From an uncultured virus (IMG/VR IMGVR_UViG_3300033562_001302) (Duplodnaviria > Heunggongvirae > Uroviricota > Caudoviricetes): a stretch of DNA of 64,000 nt. A program made the position numbers and the translations under genes. This document shows positions 28,894 through 39,374 of this stretch, in pieces (position 1 is the first letter of the stretch; each line of letters opens with the position of its first letter). The notes beneath the pieces are model-generated. The model made no database searches. It saw nothing but the letters and a program-made list of their open reading frames with translations, and had not been told where the DNA came from. The DNA is taken from IMG/VR virus record IMGVR_UViG_3300033562_001302. One strand, 5' to 3'.

Positions 28894-30987
28894 ATGGAAA
28901 TACAAGAAATAGAAAAAATAGAAGAAAATATTGATACTGGTACATTAAGTATATCGTTATCCGAAATAGATAGAGTAACAATACAAGGACAATTAAATCA
29001 TAATCCTATGTATTTAAGTGAAATAACAACTACAGATGAATTAAATAATTTTGCAGAACTTCATGGGTTACCACCTATACAAGAGTCTCTACCAAAAGAA
29101 GAATTTACAGCTTGTTTAGTTGGTGATGATCAAAGAATATTTATGGTTGGAACTAAACATACCGTATGTGAGATAGAACCACATGGGAAACCAATTAATT
29201 GTGGTAAAGATGGTAAAGAATTTGACTTTGATAAACTTATTAAAAAAGAAAGAAATTCTGAATATAACTATTGGGTATATAATGATAGAGTTTATGATAA
29301 AATACATGATGAAAACATTATAGGTTTTGTTTATTTAATTACTCGATTGAATTTAGAAGAAGATCAAAAATCCCCAATTTATTATTATGGTAAAAAAAAT
29401 TTTTTAAAAAAACAAAAAAACTGCTATAAAGAATCAGACTGGAAAATATATACTGGTTCATCGGAACTTCTAAATGAACATATTGATTTATATGGTATCG
29501 AAAATTTTAAAAAAGAAATAATAGAATTTTGTTATTCTTCAATGGAATTAACATATAAAGAAACAAAAATGTTATTTGAAAAAAATGTTTTGAGATATGA
29601 TAACGATTCAATTATGGTTAGAAAATATTATAATAGGAATATTTTAGGAAAATTTCATTCAAATGAATTATTTACAAAAGATGATTTAGAAAGAATACAA
29701 TGGATAAGAAAACAACCATTTAATTCATTTGCAAGAATTTTAGTAAATAATGGTGAAATTTCTAAATTTCTAAATTTAGAAATTTATGATTTAAATGAAT
29801 GGTTAATTTCTAATCCAGATTGGGTAGTTGGAAGTTGTGGAAGTACTTCAACAAAAGAAAAAATTTGTTGTACTAATGGAGAAGATAATATATTTATTGA
29901 TAAAATTGATTTAGAATATTTTTTAATAGATAATCCAGATTGGTATATTGGTTCAAAAATAAAAAATAAATTCGTTAGTATCTATAAAGAAAATATAATT
30001 AAAAGAGTTTTAAAAACAGAAGTTGATAAATTTATTTCGGAAGGTTGGGATAAAGGTCGAAAACCAGAATCAGAGCATCTAACGAAAAAAATAAAAATTT
30101 CAATAATTCATAGAGAATTATGTTTACAAATGATCATTTATGAAGAATTATTTTTGGATTATGAAAAAGATGGATGGGAAATTACACCACCTAATTTTGG
30201 GGTTGGTGAATTTTATTGTTGGGTTAATAAAGATAATTTTATAGAAAAAATTAAACTTATAGATTTGAATAATTATTTAAGGAATGGTTGGTCAAAAGGG
30301 AGAGGATTATCATATATAAAAAATAAAATTTGTATAAATAATAATTCTGAAATTAAATTTGTTCAAAAAGATGAACTATATGATTATTTGAGAAATGGTT
30401 GGTTACTTGGTGGTTTAAACTTAGGATCTTTAAAAGAGAGGGATTTGATTTATGTATGTAATGATATTATGAAGAAAAATAAATTATTACCCAAAATCGA
30501 AGTTGACGATTTTTTAAAAAATAATAGTGATTGGCGATTAGGTCAATTTAAAAGGGAACGATTTACAACTCAAGGTTTAGTTTTTGTTTATGATATAGAA
30601 AATAATTATGAGCCAAAAAATATTACAACAGAAGAATATAAAGTAAATAAAAATAAATATATTTTAAGAAAGACACATAAGATACCTAAATTACCAATAA
30701 GTACTTTTAATTTAGTTAAAAGATATTGGAAAGAAATTTATCCAAAAAGAGCTTTACCAAAATTTCCAAAAAGTGGTAAGCTTACAGAAGATTTTAAACG
30801 ATATATAGAAGAATTTAATGCTTTTGATGCTAAAGTAAAAGATGGAACTTATAAACTATTAGGTAAAAGAGATAGAGCAAAAATTGCTTTATACTATAAC
30901 TTGAATCCAAAAATTAAAAAAACAGATAGACCATATCTTGGAAAGTTTATTACAGAACCAATTAGAGAATTATTAGAGAAGATATAA
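28894..30987 (+). CDS. GIY-YIG (Seg-like) endonuclease with W..G repeats
   Basis: GFVYLIT..YYGKK..ESDWK.YTGSS..F.KEI..E; ~7 repeats ending NGW..G/PDW..G. Confidence 0.75.
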   Translation: MEIQEIEKIEENIDTGTLSISLSEIDRVTIQGQLNHNPMYLSEITTTDELNNFAELHGLPPIQESLPKEEFTACLVGDDQRIFMVGTKHTVCEIEPHGKPINCGKDGKEFDFDKLIKKERNSEYNYWVYNDRVYDKIHDENIIGFVYLITRLNLEEDQKSPIYYYGKKNFLKKQKNCYKESDWKIYTGSSELLNEHIDLYGIENFKKEIIEFCYSSMELTYKETKMLFEKNVLRYDNDSIMVRKYYNRNILGKFHSNELFTKDDLERIQWIRKQPFNSFARILVNNGEISKFLNLEIYDLNEWLISNPDWVVGSCGSTSTKEKICCTNGEDNIFIDKIDLEYFLIDNPDWYIGSKIKNKFVSIYKENIIKRVLKTEVDKFISEGWDKGRKPESEHLTKKIKISIIHRELCLQMIIYEELFLDYEKDGWEITPPNFGVGEFYCWVNKDNFIEKIKLIDLNNYLRNGWSKGRGLSYIKNKICINNNSEIKFVQKDELYDYLRNGWLLGGLNLGSLKERDLIYVCNDIMKKNKLLPKIEVDDFLKNNSDWRLGQFKRERFTTQGLVFVYDIENNYEPKNITTEEYKVNKNKYILRKTHKIPKLPISTFNLVKRYWKEIYPKRALPKFPKSGKLTEDFKRYIEEFNAFDAKVKDGTYKLLGKRDRAKIALYYNLNPKIKKTDRPYLGKFITEPIRELLEKI

Positions 30988-30997
30988 AGGATAAAGT

Positions 30998-31300
30998 ATG
31001 GATTGGAGAAAAACGCCCGAATATAGAAAATGGCGAATAGAAGTCATTAGAAGAGATACTCGTTGCAAAATCTGTAATTCATTACAAAAAAGAGACGCTC
31101 ATCATATTAATGATGGTTCAAGTCATGCTTTACTAAGATTTGATATTAATAATGGTGTTACATTATGTCATAATTGTCATACAAATTTTCATACAAATTT
31201 TAAATCAAGCTATAGACAAAAATGTACAGATAAAGATTGGAATAATTTTATAAATTTGGTACAATATATAAAAAGTTTAGGAGATAATAATGAGACATAG
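30998..31300 (+). CDS. small HNH endonuclease
   Basis: WR..V.RRD..CKIC..HHI..NGVTLCHNCH. Confidence 0.85.
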   Translation: MDWRKTPEYRKWRIEVIRRDTRCKICNSLQKRDAHHINDGSSHALLRFDINNGVTLCHNCHTNFHTNFKSSYRQKCTDKDWNNFINLVQYIKSLGDNNET

Positions 31301-31583
31301 TTTTTTTAGAGACACACATGAATTTTTAAAAATTATAAATGATGTAAAAGCAAATGGTCGTTTAGAAATAATTACAACTAGTTCTGGTTATGAAGGATTT
31401 ACTGCTAAAATATTATCATCCGAAGTGCAAGTATTTAAAAAAATATTTGATGATAGAAATGTACCAACACAAATTGAAAACAATCAATTCGGTTTAAATA
31501 TACATCCAATAGGTGGATTAAGCTATGACGAACTTAATAGCTTAATAAAAGAATTCAATTTAGATTTAACAATCAAATTATAA
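31290..31583 (+). CDS. hypothetical protein
   Basis: 97-aa ORF with SD. Confidence 0.6.
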   Translation: MRHSFFRDTHEFLKIINDVKANGRLEIITTSSGYEGFTAKILSSEVQVFKKIFDDRNVPTQIENNQFGLNIHPIGGLSYDELNSLIKEFNLDLTIKL

Positions 31584-31594
31584 AAGGATAAATT

Positions 31595-32011
31595 ATGTTC
31601 ACTTGGAAAGAAGTGTTAAAAGGATTAGATTCTGGTTTAGATATTGCTAAATATGTTGCTGCTTTAATACCTGGTGGTCAAGTAGTTGCTGCTGGTTTAA
31701 TTGTAGCTGATAATATTGTTGAGAAGATTAATAGTACATACGAAAATGATCCTATATTAGATAATAAGATTATGTCTGAATCAGAACCTCAACCAGAAAT
31801 GGATTCAATTGATACAATTGTTATATTATTAGAAAGTATAGTACAATCTCAATCAACTGATAAAGAAATAGTTATAACAGATGAAGCTGTTATACGAATA
31901 ATTGAAGTTATGTCTAAATCAAGAGGTAATAATATAGATGATAAACTAATAACAAGAATTAAAAAATATCTAATTCCTGTTAAATCTATTAAAAAAATTA
32001 AGACAAAATAA
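31595..32011 (+). CDS. hypothetical protein
   Basis: 138-aa ORF; N-terminal hydrophobic hairpin. Confidence 0.6.
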   Translation: MFTWKEVLKGLDSGLDIAKYVAALIPGGQVVAAGLIVADNIVEKINSTYENDPILDNKIMSESEPQPEMDSIDTIVILLESIVQSQSTDKEIVITDEAVIRIIEVMSKSRGNNIDDKLITRIKKYLIPVKSIKKIKTK

Positions 32012-32025
32012 TAAGAGAGTTATTT

Positions 32026-32415
32026 ATGAAAAGTAAAAAAGTATTAGTAGTTGATGATTCAAAAACTATGGTAAAGATAAATGATAATATTTTAAAACAA
32101 TTAGGTATTATCAATATAGTACACGCTTTTGATGGAGCCGAGGGTTTAAAAAAGTATAATGAATCTATTATTGAAAATGATCCTTTTGATTTAATTTTAT
32201 CTGATATAAATATGCCTATTATGAATGGTTTTGAATTAGTTAAAGCTATTCGAGAAAAAGATAAAGGTGTAGGTATATTTATGATCACTACTGAAGGTGG
32301 TCGTGACGAAGTTATAAAAGCTTTAAGATTAGGCGCAAATAATTATATTATTAAACCAATTGATAAAGATATATTGAAAACTAAAATAACAGAATATTTT
32401 AGTTTTCAATGCTAA
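32026..32415 (+). CDS. cheY: CheY-like single-domain response regulator
   Basis: VLVVDDS, SDINMP.MNG, MITTEGG..EV..AL..G.NNYI.KP. Confidence 0.85.
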   Translation: MKSKKVLVVDDSKTMVKINDNILKQLGIINIVHAFDGAEGLKKYNESIIENDPFDLILSDINMPIMNGFELVKAIREKDKGVGIFMITTEGGRDEVIKALRLGANNYIIKPIDKDILKTKITEYFSFQC

Positions 32416-32434
32416 ATAAGTAAAAAGGTTAATA

Positions 32435-32995
32435 ATGAAATTTAAAATAAATAAACAACAATTGATTCAAGAAAATGTTGGTAAGTATATCCGTAATGGT
32501 GCCTTAATTGGTGGAGGTTTAGCTGCTCTTGGTAGTGCAGCTTATGGTATAGATGCAGCGGATGATTTAGCATCATCTAGAGAAGATAATTTAACCATTG
32601 ATAAAAACACAGCTAATTATCTTTTAATAGATTCAACAAAATCTTTAAACGATGCTGTTGATAATAGACTCAAAGGTGATGAAATTTTAAATGAACTTGA
32701 TAAACATAAAGGTCAGCTGAAATGGATTAGAAAAGATGATCCATCTGTTGAGGTTTCTGAAGAGGAAGGTAAGCAACAAATAAGTAATAATATATCAGCT
32801 TTAGATAACACAATTACTAAACATGCATCTGATATAAATAAATACGAGAATGATTTAACAAAATATGATTCTCCTGAATATTTAAAACCAGATAGAGAAA
32901 ATTTAGTCAAACAATACGCAAGTTTCGCAGCACCTATTGGTTTAGCAGCTGGAGCTGGTGCAGGATATTTAGCAAACAGATACAAAAAAAGATAA
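32435..32995 (+). CDS. putative internal head protein with glycine-zipper ends
   Basis: MKFKINKQQLIQE leader; C-terminal GLAAGAGAGYLANRYKKR. Confidence 0.7.
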   Translation: MKFKINKQQLIQENVGKYIRNGALIGGGLAALGSAAYGIDAADDLASSREDNLTIDKNTANYLLIDSTKSLNDAVDNRLKGDEILNELDKHKGQLKWIRKDDPSVEVSEEEGKQQISNNISALDNTITKHASDINKYENDLTKYDSPEYLKPDRENLVKQYASFAAPIGLAAGAGAGYLANRYKKR

Positions 32996-33009
32996 TTTAG
33001 GATTTAATA

Positions 33010-33573
33010 ATGAAATTTAAAATAAATAAACAACAATTGATTCAAGAAAATGTTGGTAAGTATGCTCTTAGAGGTGCTTTAATAGGTGGAGGTTTAGCTG
33101 CTATTGCTGGTGCGACTGCTGGTATAGAAACAGATAGTGATTTTACAGACAGCCGAATCAAACGATTACCATCACAAATTGCATCTTATGAAGATTCTGT
33201 AAATTCTCATTTAAGACAAGTAAATGAACTTACTGCTGAAAAAGCAAGATTAGACAAATCTATCGACGCTATGCATAATATGTCAAATAATGCAAATAAA
33301 TATGGTGCAAATATAGATAAAGAACTTATTCCTTTCCATAATAAAGCCGTTTTACAACAACAGGTATTAAATAATAATATAAAAATGCAACAAGATGATG
33401 CAAAATATTGGGCAGATAGTCTTATCAAAATTCAATCACCAGAATATATTGAAAAAGAACCTATTAAATCTGGGTCGATTGGTGCTGGTTTAGCTACACC
33501 TTTTGGTGCTACTACTGGTTTAGCAGCTGGAGCAGGTGTGGGATATTTAGCAAACAGATACAAAAAAAGATAA
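33010..33573 (+). CDS. putative internal head protein with glycine-zipper ends (tandem paralog)
   Basis: Near-identical ends to 32435-32995, divergent middle. Confidence 0.7.
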   Translation: MKFKINKQQLIQENVGKYALRGALIGGGLAAIAGATAGIETDSDFTDSRIKRLPSQIASYEDSVNSHLRQVNELTAEKARLDKSIDAMHNMSNNANKYGANIDKELIPFHNKAVLQQQVLNNNIKMQQDDAKYWADSLIKIQSPEYIEKEPIKSGSIGAGLATPFGATTGLAAGAGVGYLANRYKKR

Positions 33574-33586
33574 TTTAGGATATACA

Positions 33587-34165
33587 ATGGAAACAAAAAG
33601 TGGTAAAAGTGGCACATATTATGATATAGTCTTTAATAGTGCATCTAATAAAAAATTAGACAATATCATTAAAGAATTGGGACTTACTAAAGATTTTAAT
33701 GATGCGTATCATTGTACTTTAACTTATTCTAAAAAAAGAAAAACAACTCTTAAAACAAGCATAGGTATAGTTCAAACAAAAGGTGGAGATTATAAAGATT
33801 TCAATGCTAAGAATGAATTGAATATATTGGTTAAAATAAAATCATTTGGTCACTTTGATACAAACGATGGAAAGAATTTACATATTGTTTTAGATTGTTC
33901 GTGGTGTGAAAAACAACATAATAGAAGTATTAAAGCAGGATGTACATTTGATTATGATACATATACACCACATGTTACTCTTATGTATGATTGTGGTGAT
34001 TTCTTATTAGATGATAATGAAGATTTATGGAAAAAATTTATAGGTGAAAAACTATATATAGTTGAAGAAAGAATATCTCCACTTAATGATAATTGGGTAG
34101 AAGATTCTAAAAAAGATGATATAGATAGTGAAGACTATAAAGATAACACCAATGAAAAAAAGTAA
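33587..34165 (+). CDS. acb1: 2H phosphoesterase, Acb1/T4 gp57B-like anti-CBASS nuclease
   Basis: YHCTLTYS and FDYDTYTPHVTLMYD (two HxT motifs in Acb1-like context). Confidence 0.75.
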   Translation: METKSGKSGTYYDIVFNSASNKKLDNIIKELGLTKDFNDAYHCTLTYSKKRKTTLKTSIGIVQTKGGDYKDFNAKNELNILVKIKSFGHFDTNDGKNLHIVLDCSWCEKQHNRSIKAGCTFDYDTYTPHVTLMYDCGDFLLDDNEDLWKKFIGEKLYIVEERISPLNDNWVEDSKKDDIDSEDYKDNTNEKK

Positions 34166-34700
34166 AGATATAACTAAATATGATTTACATTGGCAAGTAG
34201 TTCGTGTTGAAGTCAAAAAATTAAAAGTTATAGATGATAAAATTAAATATGTTCAAGCTTTTTATAAAAAACATAATACTTCTGATAACTATGAACGAAT
34301 TATGAATTGGATTGAAGGTTTAGCTATGGGTTATAAAGATCCTAAGCAAAAAGAAAAGGTAATTTCGTCTAAAACATTATTTAAAGAATCAACTGTAAAA
34401 GAAGTTAATATCGGAGGGATAGAACATATTAAAACGAATGTTCTATCGAATGCTAATCAATATACTACTAAACAATTAAGTGATTGTTTTATCGATAATT
34501 ACACACGATTTAAAAAATGGAGTGACTCTGGTTATATACACGAGGAGCTTTACAATTTTTGCCACAGTTTGTTAAAATATTTAACAAGTCGAAACATACA
34601 AGTAATTGTATCTAAAAAGATAATAACTTTAGAACAAATTGAAAATATGTATAGTGTTGGAAAATCTCAACCTAATAAATATAAATTTATATTTAAGTAA
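34128..34700 (+). CDS. hypothetical protein
   Basis: ORF; likely start 34152. Confidence 0.6.
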   Translation: MKTIKITPMKKSKDITKYDLHWQVVRVEVKKLKVIDDKIKYVQAFYKKHNTSDNYERIMNWIEGLAMGYKDPKQKEKVISSKTLFKESTVKEVNIGGIEHIKTNVLSNANQYTTKQLSDCFIDNYTRFKKWSDSGYIHEELYNFCHSLLKYLTSRNIQVIVSKKIITLEQIENMYSVGKSQPNKYKFIFK

Positions 34701-34723
34701 AACAAATAAAATAAGGAATCATA

Positions 34724-34948
34724 ATGCAAATAATTAGTATAGATTATCCTCGAAAGAGTGAAATTCTTAAAGAATTAAAAAATATGGGTCATACTCAAAT
34801 GAGTAAACAAGAAGAAGTTGCTGATGAAGTTAGAAGAGCTGTTAAAAAAGAAGATAAAGATGAGTCTTCACCTGAAGTAGAATATCAATCTTCTGTTTAT
34901 GATGAAAAACAATTAAGAGACTTGGATAGACCAAAAAATTCAAAATAA
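34724..34948 (+). CDS. hypothetical protein
   Basis: 74-aa ORF with SD. Confidence 0.6.
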   Translation: MQIISIDYPRKSEILKELKNMGHTQMSKQEEVADEVRRAVKKEDKDESSPEVEYQSSVYDEKQLRDLDRPKNSK

Positions 34949-34956
34949 GGATCAGT

Positions 34957-35685
34957 ATGACAAATTATAATAAGTTGAAAAAATATTGTACAATAACTAA
35001 AAATGATTTAATTTGTAATGAACCTATGTATATAATTTTAGATAAAGATAAATATTCAACAGAAGAATCCAATATAGATATAAGTGAGAATGATGATTCT
35101 GAATTATTTACAGGAGTGATTCAAATTCCTGGTGTTTTTCAAATAGTAGTGCCCGGAAAAAATGATACTATTGATATTTATTTACCTTTTGATGTTAATA
35201 TATTAACACATAATGTTCAAACAGATAGATATGCTGATACATATTATTTTGAACCAGGTGAAACAATTCTACATGTGAGTACAAAAGCACATGCGACAGA
35301 TATAAAAATAGTTGATATGTTATTTGAAAATAGAGCCAAACATTTAACAGATAATATCGCTAACAGAGTATTAGCTATACATTCACAAATACTTGTAAAG
35401 CAGAATGTAAAATTACATCATATCGAAACATTATTAAGTAATTTATATATTTCAAAAAATGAGACTGGTGATATATTAACAAGATTAACACCTCAACAAA
35501 AATATGATAAGCTTACAGCAAAAAGTACAAAAGATGCTGTACATCTTCTTGGAAATTCTTATCAAGCCTTTACATATGGTTATTCAAGCGAATCTATTAA
35601 TACACAAATTACGTCAAAAAATACAAACGAACAATCAGATCTTACCAAAATAATAACAGGTAAATACGATCAAGTACATAAATAA
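34957..35685 (+). CDS. RNA polymerase beta' C-terminal part
   Basis: VKLHHIETLLSNL ~ INDKHIEVIVRQM; SYQAFTYG..SDLTKIITG ~ FISAASFQ..LKENVIVG. Confidence 0.6.
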   Translation: MTNYNKLKKYCTITKNDLICNEPMYIILDKDKYSTEESNIDISENDDSELFTGVIQIPGVFQIVVPGKNDTIDIYLPFDVNILTHNVQTDRYADTYYFEPGETILHVSTKAHATDIKIVDMLFENRAKHLTDNIANRVLAIHSQILVKQNVKLHHIETLLSNLYISKNETGDILTRLTPQQKYDKLTAKSTKDAVHLLGNSYQAFTYGYSSESINTQITSKNTNEQSDLTKIITGKYDQVHK

Positions 35686-35819
35686 CTAAGATAGTTATTT
35701 ATGTACAAATTTTCTTGTTGTTTATTTTGTATCCAACATGATAAAAAATAAAGTAGCATCATAGATAATAGTGCGCTTAATATAGAAATAATTATAATAC
35801 TAAATAAAAAGGAGATATA

Positions 35820-38423
35820 ATGATTAAAATTCCATATGCTAAATGGGAACTTATCAAACACACGCCTGAGTTTTGGGCAAAGTATGATGATAATATCTCA
35901 CATGAAGATCGAGAACTTGGAGTTATACATTATTCAGAATATGCTGATATTAATAATCCTGATCCTAATAATTTAAATTATTATACAACACTTCCTAAAT
36001 TTTTATTAGAAAATTATAAAGATATAGCGTTTCATGATGATACTTTAAGTGATGCTTTAGCTGAATTTAGAGAAACAAAAGATGAATCATTAAGTTCAAA
36101 TTTTATATTTGAATGGGATTTAAGAGAAGAGCAAAAACCATTAATACAAGATGTTTTAAATAAATATCAAACTAATGGTTATGTTAATGGATTGATTGTT
36201 GCTAATCCTGGTTTTGGTAAAGGTTTAGTGGAAACAGATTCATTACCAACTCCTGATGGTTGGTTAAAAGTAGCTAATGTAAAAGTTGGTGATAATTTAA
36301 TTGATAAGCATGGAAATATAACTAAAGTATTAGGAATTTTTCCACAAGGTCCTAAAGATATATATAAGGTTAATTTTTGTAATGGTACTTTTGTTATGTG
36401 TGATGATGAACATTTATGGGAAGTATCTAATGAAGCTAATGTTTATTCTGTAGAAAATACTAAACAATTAGTTGAATTATTAAAAAATGATACATATAAT
36501 GTTGATCTATGTGGTGAAGTTAAATTAAATAATAATAAACCATTTCATATGTCTCCAGTTATAAAAGGTTGTTTTATTAGTTCACGATTTGGATATGATG
36601 TACCTAGTGAAAAAATTAATATTGATAATAATTTATTACAACATTATCATACTATAAAAATAAATGATAGAATACCTGAAAAATTTTTATTTGACACAAT
36701 TGAAAATAGAAAAGAATTATTAGATAGTATAATGTTTAATAATGAATTTAAATGTATTTCTCGAGGGATAGCTGATGATATACTGCATTTGATTCAAAGT
36801 CTAGGCATTTATCACGAGGTATGTAAAAAGACAATACACTTCGATCAATCCACTGAAGAGATGATAGAGTTTTATCACATTAAGATAAATAATACTAAAT
36901 GTAAAAAACAAATAGTTTCTATAGAGCTGCAACTTATGAAAAGAAATACAATATGTTTTTCAGTTGATAATGAAGAACAATTATTTTTATGTAAAGATTT
37001 TACAGTAACTCACAATACTGCATCATCTATTAAAATAGCATCTTTATTGAAAAAACAAACATTAATAGTTGTACCAAATGATTTATTAGAAAAACAATGG
37101 GCGGATAGTATTGTAAAAAGTACAAATCTAACATATGATGATATTGGTATTATACAAGGTAGTGATATAGCAAAACTAAATAAAAAGAATACATATTTGA
37201 AAGAGATAGCTATTGTTAAAGTTCAATCATTGTTAAGTCAATTAAAAACTTTTAATATAGATAGTCTCGAATCATTGTATTCAAGATATGGTGTAGTTTT
37301 TTATGATGAGTGTCATACAAGTGGTAGTGCAGAAAGTTATGCTAAAACAAGTTTCTTATTTAAAACAAAAAATATAATAGGTTTAACAGCAACTCCTTAT
37401 GTTAAAGGTATAAATAAATTTTTATTGAATAATGGTATAGGTCCAGTTATACATCATAGTGATCATCAAAATCTTATAGCGGATGTTCATATGCATAATG
37501 TACATATAGAATTTACAGAATTTGAATTAAATCGTTTAAGAATGATTATGAATGATTATATATTGTTCATGGCAACTCTAAATAATATACTTGAATCAAA
37601 ACAATCTTATTTTGATTACTTGTGTCAATGGGCTAAATATTATCATAGTCAAGGAAGAAGTATAGTTATATTATTTAGTAATAATAAATTAATTTCTAAA
37701 ATGGCTGATACTTTAAAAGCACATGGTTTAAAGGATGAATATGGGATTCTTATTGGTAAAACTGATGGAGAAGTTAAAAAATTTCCAAAGTATATGATAG
37801 AAGAAGATTATACAAAGTTTCAAAAATACTATTTAACAATATATCCTAAAAAGAAAAAAACTATAATCTTAAAAGAATTTACATATAAAGAAGATGAATG
37901 TGCTATTTTTAAAAAATATAAACTTACTAAAAAACAATTAAATGAATTAGAACTTGTAAATGCTTATCTTCGTGATAACTCTATAGAAGAAATTGTTTTG
38001 AAAGAAGTTGGATATATACAAAATGATAGAGATATCAATGCTGAGTTTCCTATCATTCTTAGTAACTTTAAATTATTGTCTGCTGGTGCGGATTATCCTA
38101 AGCTATCTGTTGCCATATTTGGATCATTAGTCATTGGAAAAATTAATGTTAATCAAACTATAGGTCGTATAACAAGATTATTTAAAGGTAAACCAACACC
38201 ACAAGCTCATTTTATGTTCCCATCTGTTTATATACAATATTTTAAAACAAATCATTTTGTACTTACAAATAATATTAAAGTACAATATCCAACAACACAT
38301 TTTACATATGAAAATTTTCCAAGAGAAGAGAAGAAAACATACTCTATGCCAATAATGCCTGCAATGGCTACAATGGAACCATACAATCCAATGACGGCTA
38401 TAAATCAAAATTTAAGGACTTAA
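35820..38423 (+). CDS. SF2 helicase (UvsW-like) containing an intein
   Basis: LREEQ, PGFGK|T, DECH, GLTATP, QTIGRITR. Confidence 0.9.
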   Translation: MIKIPYAKWELIKHTPEFWAKYDDNISHEDRELGVIHYSEYADINNPDPNNLNYYTTLPKFLLENYKDIAFHDDTLSDALAEFRETKDESLSSNFIFEWDLREEQKPLIQDVLNKYQTNGYVNGLIVANPGFGKGLVETDSLPTPDGWLKVANVKVGDNLIDKHGNITKVLGIFPQGPKDIYKVNFCNGTFVMCDDEHLWEVSNEANVYSVENTKQLVELLKNDTYNVDLCGEVKLNNNKPFHMSPVIKGCFISSRFGYDVPSEKINIDNNLLQHYHTIKINDRIPEKFLFDTIENRKELLDSIMFNNEFKCISRGIADDILHLIQSLGIYHEVCKKTIHFDQSTEEMIEFYHIKINNTKCKKQIVSIELQLMKRNTICFSVDNEEQLFLCKDFTVTHNTASSIKIASLLKKQTLIVVPNDLLEKQWADSIVKSTNLTYDDIGIIQGSDIAKLNKKNTYLKEIAIVKVQSLLSQLKTFNIDSLESLYSRYGVVFYDECHTSGSAESYAKTSFLFKTKNIIGLTATPYVKGINKFLLNNGIGPVIHHSDHQNLIADVHMHNVHIEFTEFELNRLRMIMNDYILFMATLNNILESKQSYFDYLCQWAKYYHSQGRSIVILFSNNKLISKMADTLKAHGLKDEYGILIGKTDGEVKKFPKYMIEEDYTKFQKYYLTIYPKKKKTIILKEFTYKEDECAIFKKYKLTKKQLNELELVNAYLRDNSIEEIVLKEVGYIQNDRDINAEFPIILSNFKLLSAGADYPKLSVAIFGSLVIGKINVNQTIGRITRLFKGKPTPQAHFMFPSVYIQYFKTNHFVLTNNIKVQYPTTHFTYENFPREEKKTYSMPIMPAMATMEPYNPMTAINQNLRT
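36222..37016 (+). mobile_element. cis intein (265 aa, class 3-like) in helicase Walker A
   Basis: Starts GLVETDSLPTPDGW, block B CDDEHLW, block F ICFSVD, ends VTHN|T. Confidence 0.9.
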
Positions 38424-38428
38424 GATAA

Positions 38429-38902
38429 ATGCAATATATACCAATAAAATTAATGCTAAAATTATTAGAATATCATTACTATGATATAAAAGATTTTGTA
38501 AGATCTAGACTTGATTATATGGATTTTATGTTACGAGTCGAAGCAAAGACATTTAGGCTATCAAATATGTTAATAACTTATTTTACATTTGGGCCTAAAT
38601 ATAAAAAACAACAAATAATAGACGAGTTATTAGAACTTCAAGAATATTTAATAGACATAACAAATGATAATATATCACGATACAAAGTGTATAGATTTCA
38701 TAGAGCTTATAATCATATATTACAATATAGAACTACTGATGGAAAAACAATTGAACCAAAAATAATAAGTTCATGCTACAATATATTTAATGCTATATAT
38801 GAAAACAAAGCTATGTTCACAGACTATAATTATTTAAATGCAGTTGAATTAGGTGATCTTCTTAAATTAGAAAGATCTAAATGTTATCAAGCTTTGAAAT
38901 AG
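38429..38902 (+). CDS. hypothetical protein
   Basis: 157-aa ORF. Confidence 0.6.
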   Translation: MQYIPIKLMLKLLEYHYYDIKDFVRSRLDYMDFMLRVEAKTFRLSNMLITYFTFGPKYKKQQIIDELLELQEYLIDITNDNISRYKVYRFHRAYNHILQYRTTDGKTIEPKIISSCYNIFNAIYENKAMFTDYNYLNAVELGDLLKLERSKCYQALK

Positions 38903-38927
38903 CTTGTAATTATTAAAGGAAATACTT

Positions 38928-39365
38928 ATGCAAAAAGAACCAACACAAAATTTATCATCTGATAAAATTGAAGAAATTGAAAATATTATAAAACAATCAG
39001 GTAATTCAGCGTTGCTTGAATTAGTGAAACAAAACCAAGACATATTTGAAATATCAAATACTTTATTATTTAGAGCTATAGCTACATCAGATCAAAATCA
39101 AGAAGATGTATTTTTAATATCTACACATAATGGTATCATATTCTTATTAGAAACAGAATATCTAAAAGTTTTAGAAAATTCAGAAGATAATATAAAAACA
39201 CAAATTATGTTAAAATTTCCAGACTTTACACCAGATCAGTTATCAGAAGAATATGATAATTATGTTGCTGGTATAACTTTAAAACATATTGATCATAGAG
39301 AAGCTGCAAAATTTTCTAGCAGAATATTAGAAGAGAGAGCTGCAAATGATGCAGAACAGAAATAA
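38928..39365 (+). CDS. hypothetical protein
   Basis: 145-aa ORF with SD. Confidence 0.6.
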   Translation: MQKEPTQNLSSDKIEEIENIIKQSGNSALLELVKQNQDIFEISNTLLFRAIATSDQNQEDVFLISTHNGIIFLLETEYLKVLENSEDNIKTQIMLKFPDFTPDQLSEEYDNYVAGITLKHIDHREAAKFSSRILEERAANDAEQK

Positions 39366-39374
39366 GGAATCAAA

